Shown in pieces: positions 59,054-64,000 of a stretch of DNA of 64,000 nt. A model generated the notes under the pieces. That model made no database searches, was not told the origin of the DNA, and worked only from the letters and a program-made list of their open reading frames with translations. Within the stretch, counting starts at the first letter, position 1. Each line of letters starts with the position of its first letter. The position numbers were made by a program, and so were the translations under genes. The DNA is from Thermoplasmata archaeon (GTDB lineage Archaea; Thermoplasmatota; Thermoplasmata; UBA10834), in assembly GCA_041554135.1 (NCBI GenBank), contig JBFFML010000003.1:2858-66857 (forward strand), in the 5' to 3' direction.

Positions 59054-60381
59054 CCGCTCACCCCTCTGACCTCCCTCATATGGCGCACGCGCGCCTCGAT
59101 CATGTCTCTCTTGCCTATGTCGTGTCGTACTGCGACCCTTCCTGAGATGTGTCTCACGGCGCGCTCGGCCACTTCCTCGGCCTCCTCAATGGTGTCCGAG
59201 ACGCCCACGACGCCAGCGGCCCTGGAGGTCGTGGTGTACACGCGTCCGCCATCCTCGTTCACGTTGGCGTAGTACAGCAACGCCCCCTCGTCGGATATGG
59301 CCCTCTCGTCGATGCCTATCTCTTCCCCGGAAAGGGGTCTCACGCCGTATCCCTCGGGCACGACGTACTTGCACACTGTCGCCTTCGCGCCGAAGGCGAC
59401 ATCCTCGGATGACAGCGACCCGTTCGCCATGCCCTCGCATATGGCCACAAAGTCGTCGTCCAGTATCGAGAGGGCGTTCATCGCCTCAGGGTCGCCGAAC
59501 CTGGCGTTGAACTCCACTATCTTGGGGCCTTCCCTCGTGAGCATGAACTGCCCGTACAGTGTGCCCCTGTACTCGGCCCCTTCCTCCCTCAACGCCTCGA
59601 CCGTCCGGCGCATTATCTCGACGGCGGAGTTGTAGTCGGCCTGCGGCAGGAAGGGCAGCAGCCCGCCCGCCTGGGAGTACGACCCCATCCCGCCAGTGTT
59701 CGGCCCTTCGTCGCCCTCGAACGCCCTCTTGTGGTCCTGTACCGCGGGCATCGGGGCCAATCGCGTGCCGTCACAGAAGGCCTGCAACGTGAACTCCTCG
59801 CCGACCAGCCGCTCCTCGATGACGAGCGAGGCGCTGCCGCCGATGCTCTTGTCCAGTATCTCGCCGGCGTAGGCCATCGTGTCCTCCCGGGACCTCAGAT
59901 GCTCTCCGAACACCTTGACGCCCTTGCCGCCCGTCAATCCCGTCGGCTTGACCACGACGTCGTCGCCGAGATCGCCAAGGGCGTGTTTGACATCGTCGAG
60001 GCTCGTCGCCACGGCGAACCTCGTCCGGCCCGGCACATCGTGTCTGAGCATGAGCTCCCGCGCGAATACCTTGGATGTCTCGATCCGCGCGGCGGCCTTC
60101 GTCGGGCTGGCCACCGGCACGCCCGCCGCCTGGAGGGCGTCCGCGAGCCCAGCCTCCAAGGGGGCCTCGGGACCGACAACGGCGAGCGAGACGGACTTGC
60201 TCTCCGCGTACTCGACCACCTTGGCCACGTCCATCTCATCGGCCAAGAGGCAGTCGGCCGCGGTCCTTCTTATGCCCGGGTTGCTGTTCTTCATGCAGGC
60301 GTACACTTCGGCGCCGGACCTTGCCAGTGCCTCTACGATCGCGTGCTCTCGGCCTCCGCCTCCGATGGCCAGAACCTTCAT
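59050..60381 (-). CDS. purD: phosphoribosylamine--glycine ligase
   Basis: MKVLAIGGGGREHAIVEALARS... is the canonical PurD N-terminus. The ATP-grasp core (VVVKPTGLTGGKGV, EERLVGEEFTLQAF) and C-terminal domain are present. Confidence 0.9.
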   Translation of the reverse strand: MKVLAIGGGGREHAIVEALARSGAEVYACMKNSNPGIRRTAADCLLADEMDVAKVVEYAESKSVSLAVVGPEAPLEAGLADALQAAGVPVASPTKAAARIETSKVFARELMLRHDVPGRTRFAVATSLDDVKHALGDLGDDVVVKPTGLTGGKGVKVFGEHLRSREDTMAYAGEILDKSIGGSASLVIEERLVGEEFTLQAFCDGTRLAPMPAVQDHKRAFEGDEGPNTGGMGSYSQAGGLLPFLPQADYNSAVEIMRRTVEALREEGAEYRGTLYGQFMLTREGPKIVEFNARFGDPEAMNALSILDDDFVAICEGMANGSLSSEDVAFGAKATVCKYVVPEGYGVRPLSGEEIGIDERAISDEGALLYYANVNEDGGRVYTTTSRAAGVVGVSDTIEEAEEVAERAVRHISGRVAVRHDIGKRDMIEARVRHMREVRGVSG

Positions 60382-60501
60382 GTCCCGCTCCCCCAGCGGG
60401 GCATAATGTTCGCGTCTTAAGTATGTTGCCACATGCGCGGAACCGAGCGGTGTGCGCCATCCAGCAAATCATTTAATGCGACAAATCCCATCCACCGCAT
60501 C

Positions 60502-61791
60502 ATGGGCTACACTGGCCGCGTCGGCCGGCTGCTGGAAGACGCCGCCGCGGGCGTAGGGGACGAGATAGAGGTCGTCCAGGGGCGGAGGGTTCACAGAGGC
60601 ACGCTGATGCCCCATCACGACTTCAGCGACCCTGCGATAGTGACGGTGAAGCTGTCAAGCGGCTACAACGTGGGCCTCTTACTCGATGATGAGTCGAAGG
60701 TGAAGGTCGTGAGCAAGAAGCAGACGAGGGATTCGATACGCCGCAGCCTGCCTAGCGATGACTCGAAGAAGGACGTGGCGTTCCTGGGGACCGGTGGAAC
60801 GATCGCCTCGTACGTCGACTACCGCACTGGAGCGGTCCACCCGGCCAAATCGGCGGAGGAACTGGCGTTCTCCGTGCCTGAGCTCATGGACCTGTGCAAC
60901 GTCAGGGCGCGGGTGCTGTACTCGATATACAGCGAGAACATGGAGGTGGCTCACTGGCAGGCGCTGGCCAAGGCCGCTGCGGACGAGCTCAACTCAGGCG
61001 CTTCCGGCGTCATAATCCCGCATGGCACGGACACGATGGGTTTCACCTCGGCGGCGCTGTCGTTCATGCTCAGATGCCTGTCAGGCCCCGTCGTGTGCGT
61101 GGGCTCCCAGCGCTCCTCGGACCGCCCGTCGTCGGACGCGACGATGAACCTGCTCGCGGCGACGAGGCTGTGCGTGTCGTCCGACCTCGGGGAGGTCGTC
61201 GTCGTGATGCACGGGGACATCTCGGACACATACTGCGTCGCCCATCGCGGCGTGAAGGTGCGCAAGATGCACTCTTCTCGGCGCGACGCGTTCAGGAGCG
61301 TCAACTCGGAGCCGTTGGCGCGAATCGAGGGCGAGGATGTGTCGTTCACGTCCGACCACGCCAGAAGGTCGGCCGGCCCGGTGGAGGTGATGGACAAGAT
61401 GAACAAGCGGGTCAGCATGTTGCACTTCTACCCTGGCTTCGAGCCTGAGCACTTCGAGATGATATCCGGGAAGGTCGACGGCCTCATCATCGCCGGCACC
61501 GGCCTGGGCCATGTCTCGGAGAAGCTCATCGAGCCGATCCGAAAGGCGGTGAGCGACGGCGTGTTCGTGGGCATCACTACACAGTGCCTACAGGGCGCGG
61601 TGAACCTGAACGTCTATTCGACAGGTCGGGACATGACCTCCGCCGGGGCTTTGCCGTTGGGGGACATGCTCCCCGAGACCGCCTATGTGAAGCTCATGTG
61701 GGTCCTGGGACAGACGACGAACCAGGAGGAGGTCAGGAAGCTCATGCTGAAGGACCTCGCGGGCGAGATGGCCGCGAGGAGGGGTGTGTGA
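60502..61791 (+). CDS. gatD: Glu-tRNA(Gln) amidotransferase subunit D
   Basis: The GatD-specific N-terminal domain is followed by an asparaginase-like core (VAFLGTGGTIAS, GVIIPHGTDTMGF, GLIIAGTGLGHV). Confidence 0.85.
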   Translation: MGYTGRVGRLLEDAAAGVGDEIEVVQGRRVHRGTLMPHHDFSDPAIVTVKLSSGYNVGLLLDDESKVKVVSKKQTRDSIRRSLPSDDSKKDVAFLGTGGTIASYVDYRTGAVHPAKSAEELAFSVPELMDLCNVRARVLYSIYSENMEVAHWQALAKAAADELNSGASGVIIPHGTDTMGFTSAALSFMLRCLSGPVVCVGSQRSSDRPSSDATMNLLAATRLCVSSDLGEVVVVMHGDISDTYCVAHRGVKVRKMHSSRRDAFRSVNSEPLARIEGEDVSFTSDHARRSAGPVEVMDKMNKRVSMLHFYPGFEPEHFEMISGKVDGLIIAGTGLGHVSEKLIEPIRKAVSDGVFVGITTQCLQGAVNLNVYSTGRDMTSAGALPLGDMLPETAYVKLMWVLGQTTNQEEVRKLMLKDLAGEMAARRGV

Positions 61792-63667
61792 TTTGGACTA
61801 CAGGGACCTCGGCCTGAAAGTGGGCATAGAGATCCACCAACAGCTCAGCACCGGCAAGTTCTTCTGCGCGTGCGAGTCGGAGCTCGTCGAGGAGTACGAC
61901 CACGAGTTCGTGCGCCGGCTCAGGCCAACCCAGAGCGAGATGGGGGAGATCGACAGGGCGGCTCTGGAGGAGTCGGAGAGGAAGCTGCAGTTCCGGTATC
62001 AGACGGTCGGATGCTCCTGCCTGGTCGAGGCGGACGAGGAGCCGCCGCACGACGCGAACAGGCTCGCCATCGAGACAGCGCTCGAGATGTCCTACGTGCT
62101 CGGTGCCACCCCGGTCGACGAGATACACTTCATGCGGAAGATAGTCATAGACGGCTCGAACACCACGGGGTTCCAGAGGACGACGCTGGTCGCGACGGAC
62201 GGACACCTCGACCTGGATGGCAGGCGCATAACGATAACCGCGATAAGCCTGGAGGAGGACGCGGCGAGGAAGATGTCGGAGTCAGGCCGCGAGGTGGTCT
62301 ACCGCCTCGACCGCCTCGGCATACCGCTGGTGGAGATTGCCACAGGTCCGGAGATATCCACGCCCGACGAGGCCAAGCGCGTCGCGGCGAGGCTCGGATC
62401 CCTGCTCAGGGCCACGCGGAAAGTCAGGAGAGGCATAGGGACGATAAGGGAGGACCTCAACATATCGATCAGCGGCGGCGCGAGGGTCGAGGTGAAAGGC
62501 GTGCAGGAGCTGAAGCTCCTGCCAGTATACGTGGAGAAGGAGGTCCGCAGGCAGCTTGCGCTGCTCGAAATCAAGGACCTGCTGCGCGGGAGAGGGGCGA
62601 GCAGGATGACGTGCAAGGTCGAGGACGCGTCAGGCGCACTCGCAGAATCCAAGTGCAAGGTCGTCTTGTCCGCGCTGAGGTCGGGCGGAGGCGTGTTCGC
62701 GGCGAAGCTCCCCAAGTACGCCGGGACGTTGGCGAGAACCGAGGACGGCATACCCCGGCTGGGAGCCGAGCTCGCGGCGCACGCCCGCGTGTCGGGCGTC
62801 AGGGGGCTGTTCCACTCCGACGAGCTGCCTGCGTACGGCATCACGGAGGAGGAGAAGGCCGCGGTCGCCGCCAGCTTGTGTCTGGACGACGAGGACGCGT
62901 TCATACTCATAGCCGACGACAGGGCTCGCGCGGAGGCCGCGATGGAGCGGGCGTTCGACAGGGCCAATGCGGCGCTCGACGGCGTTCCCGAGGAGACCAG
63001 AGCGCCGCTCCCGGACGGCTCGACGGTTTACAGCAGGCCACTTCCGGGCAAGGCTAGGATGTATCCAGAGACGGATGTGCGGCCCATAAGGGTCAGCGAG
63101 CAGTTGTTGGAGGCCATCAGGCTCAACCTTCCGGAGCTGCCTGAGGAGAAGGTGGACAGGTTCGTCAGGGAGTTCGGCCTGAGCAAGGATCAGGCCGAGT
63201 CGCTGATCGACGACGCCCTGGATGACGAGTTCGAGCTGCTCGCGGGCTCCCTGGGCAGCCCGCAGGTGGTCGCGAGGATATTCCTTCAGCTGTTGCCGGA
63301 GATCGCGAAGCAGGGGCGGGACGTATCGTCCATCGACCTCGAGACGCTGAGGGCCGTGCTAGAGCATCTGAGGGACGGTTCGTTCGCGAAGGAGGCCATC
63401 CCCGACCTGCTGTCCTGGATGATAGACAACGATGTCAACGACGTGGGTAAGGCGCTCGAGGCGACGGGCCTCGAGACGGTCGACGTCGACATGGTCAGGG
63501 AGGTCTGCGACCGAGTCGTCAAGGACCGCGAGGATTTCATACGCGAGCGAGGAGACGCGAGCCTCGGCCCGCTCATGGGTCTCGTGATGAAGGAGCTCAG
63601 AGGCAAGGTCGACGGGAAGGTCATCAGCGCGGTCTTGAGCGAGAAGATAAGACAGCTCCTGCCTTGA
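61784..63667 (+). CDS. gatE: Glu-tRNA(Gln) amidotransferase subunit E
   Basis: The GTG start (overlapping gatD by 8 nt) gives LGLKVGIEIHQQLSTGKFFCACESEL..., with GatB/E catalytic motifs and a C-terminal YqeY-like tail. Its position directly after gatD is canonical. Confidence 0.85.
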   Translation: MCDLDYRDLGLKVGIEIHQQLSTGKFFCACESELVEEYDHEFVRRLRPTQSEMGEIDRAALEESERKLQFRYQTVGCSCLVEADEEPPHDANRLAIETALEMSYVLGATPVDEIHFMRKIVIDGSNTTGFQRTTLVATDGHLDLDGRRITITAISLEEDAARKMSESGREVVYRLDRLGIPLVEIATGPEISTPDEAKRVAARLGSLLRATRKVRRGIGTIREDLNISISGGARVEVKGVQELKLLPVYVEKEVRRQLALLEIKDLLRGRGASRMTCKVEDASGALAESKCKVVLSALRSGGGVFAAKLPKYAGTLARTEDGIPRLGAELAAHARVSGVRGLFHSDELPAYGITEEEKAAVAASLCLDDEDAFILIADDRARAEAAMERAFDRANAALDGVPEETRAPLPDGSTVYSRPLPGKARMYPETDVRPIRVSEQLLEAIRLNLPELPEEKVDRFVREFGLSKDQAESLIDDALDDEFELLAGSLGSPQVVARIFLQLLPEIAKQGRDVSSIDLETLRAVLEHLRDGSFAKEAIPDLLSWMIDNDVNDVGKALEATGLETVDVDMVREVCDRVVKDREDFIRERGDASLGPLMGLVMKELRGKVDGKVISAVLSEKIRQLLP

Positions 63668-63812
63668 CGTCCTTTCTCTCGAGCATGGTCAGGAAGTCCT
63701 TGCAGTACTCGATGGCCGCTCCGGCGTCGTTGTCCCTGCAGGCGAGGAACTTCCTGCAGAGCTCGTCAAGGCTGTCCTCATCGTTGTACTTCCTCTTCCT
63801 GTGTTCGGCCAT
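63624..63812 (-). CDS. hypothetical small protein (about 63 aa)
   Basis: MAEHRKRKYNDEDSLDELCRKFLACRDNDAGAAIEYCKDFLTMLERKDV... follows a TATA-like TTTTATAAA (63857-63865), which lies about 45 nt upstream of this ATG. The ATG at 63854 that opens the track ORF is too close to the TATA to be the start. Confidence 0.25.
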   Translation of the reverse strand: MAEHRKRKYNDEDSLDELCRKFLACRDNDAGAAIEYCKDFLTMLERKDVKAGAVLSSRSRPR

Positions 63813-63880
63813 GGCCGTCAACTCTGGCAGGGTTCGGAGATGGCCAATCTCCATTTATAAAACTTATGACCTACTTATCA

Positions 63881-64000
63881 CCGGCCAGGTTCTTCAGCTC
63901 GAATCTATACGCGAATATAGATTCGAAATACAAGTGCTTCTCCTCCAGCATGGTCCACGTGTAGAGCTCGCGGGCTGGCCGGAGCAGCGACCTGAGGCCC
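63881..64000 (-). CDS. partial CDS (C-terminus only; runs off the window end), unknown function
   Basis: The frame is open from the window edge to a TAG at 63881-63883: ...RELYTWTMLEEKHLYFESIFAYRFELKNLAGDK*. It contains a perfect 11-bp palindrome. Confidence 0.3.

Overview
This window is a gene-dense, high-GC (roughly 65%) archaeal chromosomal segment of core informational and housekeeping genes. It is most likely from a Thermoplasmatota-like euryarchaeon, though this is inference: rpoB is unsplit at 1196 aa as in Thermoplasma, rpoA is split into A'/A'', three FtsZ-family genes are present, GatDE is present, and the secE-spt5-rpl11 cluster is preceded by ftsZ. The left end (about 1-2700) looks like a decayed region beside tRNA-Gly(CCC): an M42 peptidase with no canonical start, a flavodoxin, a methyltransferase interrupted by an in-frame TGA, and a tyrosine-integrase C-terminal remnant abutting the tRNA. 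Then follow a likely Dph6-like PP-loop ATPase, UPF0147, an AsnC-type RAM-domain protein, ileS, a GNAT acetyltransferase, aspS, and a minus-strand array of orc1/cdc6, a hypothetical (possible DUF835), gcvT and M42 and M20 peptidases with overlapping stop/start codons. The ribosomal cluster runs rpl12-rpl10-rpl1, then an NADH-oxidase-like gene on the opposite strand, then rpl11-spt5-secE-ftsZ-ftsZ; here spt5 carries an unexplained 5' extension of about 150 codons and ftsZ is tandemly duplicated. Further genes are acyP, an MFS transporter, a tatD-like hydrolase, tbp (with tandem palindromic TATA boxes), an ABC ATPase plus ABC-2 permease, a QW-repeat protein, a CdrS-like RHH gene directly upstream of a third divergent ftsZ, a divergent trmJ-like/truA pair sharing one TATA, a fap7-like kinase, a CDP-alcohol phosphatidyltransferase, priL, a B12/radical-SAM protein, a malic enzyme with a Lys-rich N-terminus, a Zn-ribbon gene plus ef1b, and a tRNA-Lys(UUU) that appears to carry two non-canonical introns. 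The last lies directly upstream of rpoH-rpoB-rpoA'-rpoA''(with an N-terminal HhH extension)-rpl30e-nusA. After that come a radical-SAM gene, pyrF, a 2199-aa aglB whose oligosaccharyltransferase core continues without a stop into about 1300 aa of S-layer-like beta-sandwich repeats with a C-terminal membrane anchor, an overlapping sequon-rich surface protein, trx, a translin-like gene, purD, and gatD-gatE. No CRISPR array, rRNA or intact mobile element is present. Many long antisense ORFs in the track are GC-driven artefacts. Coordinates of internally chosen starts may be off by 1-2 nt.
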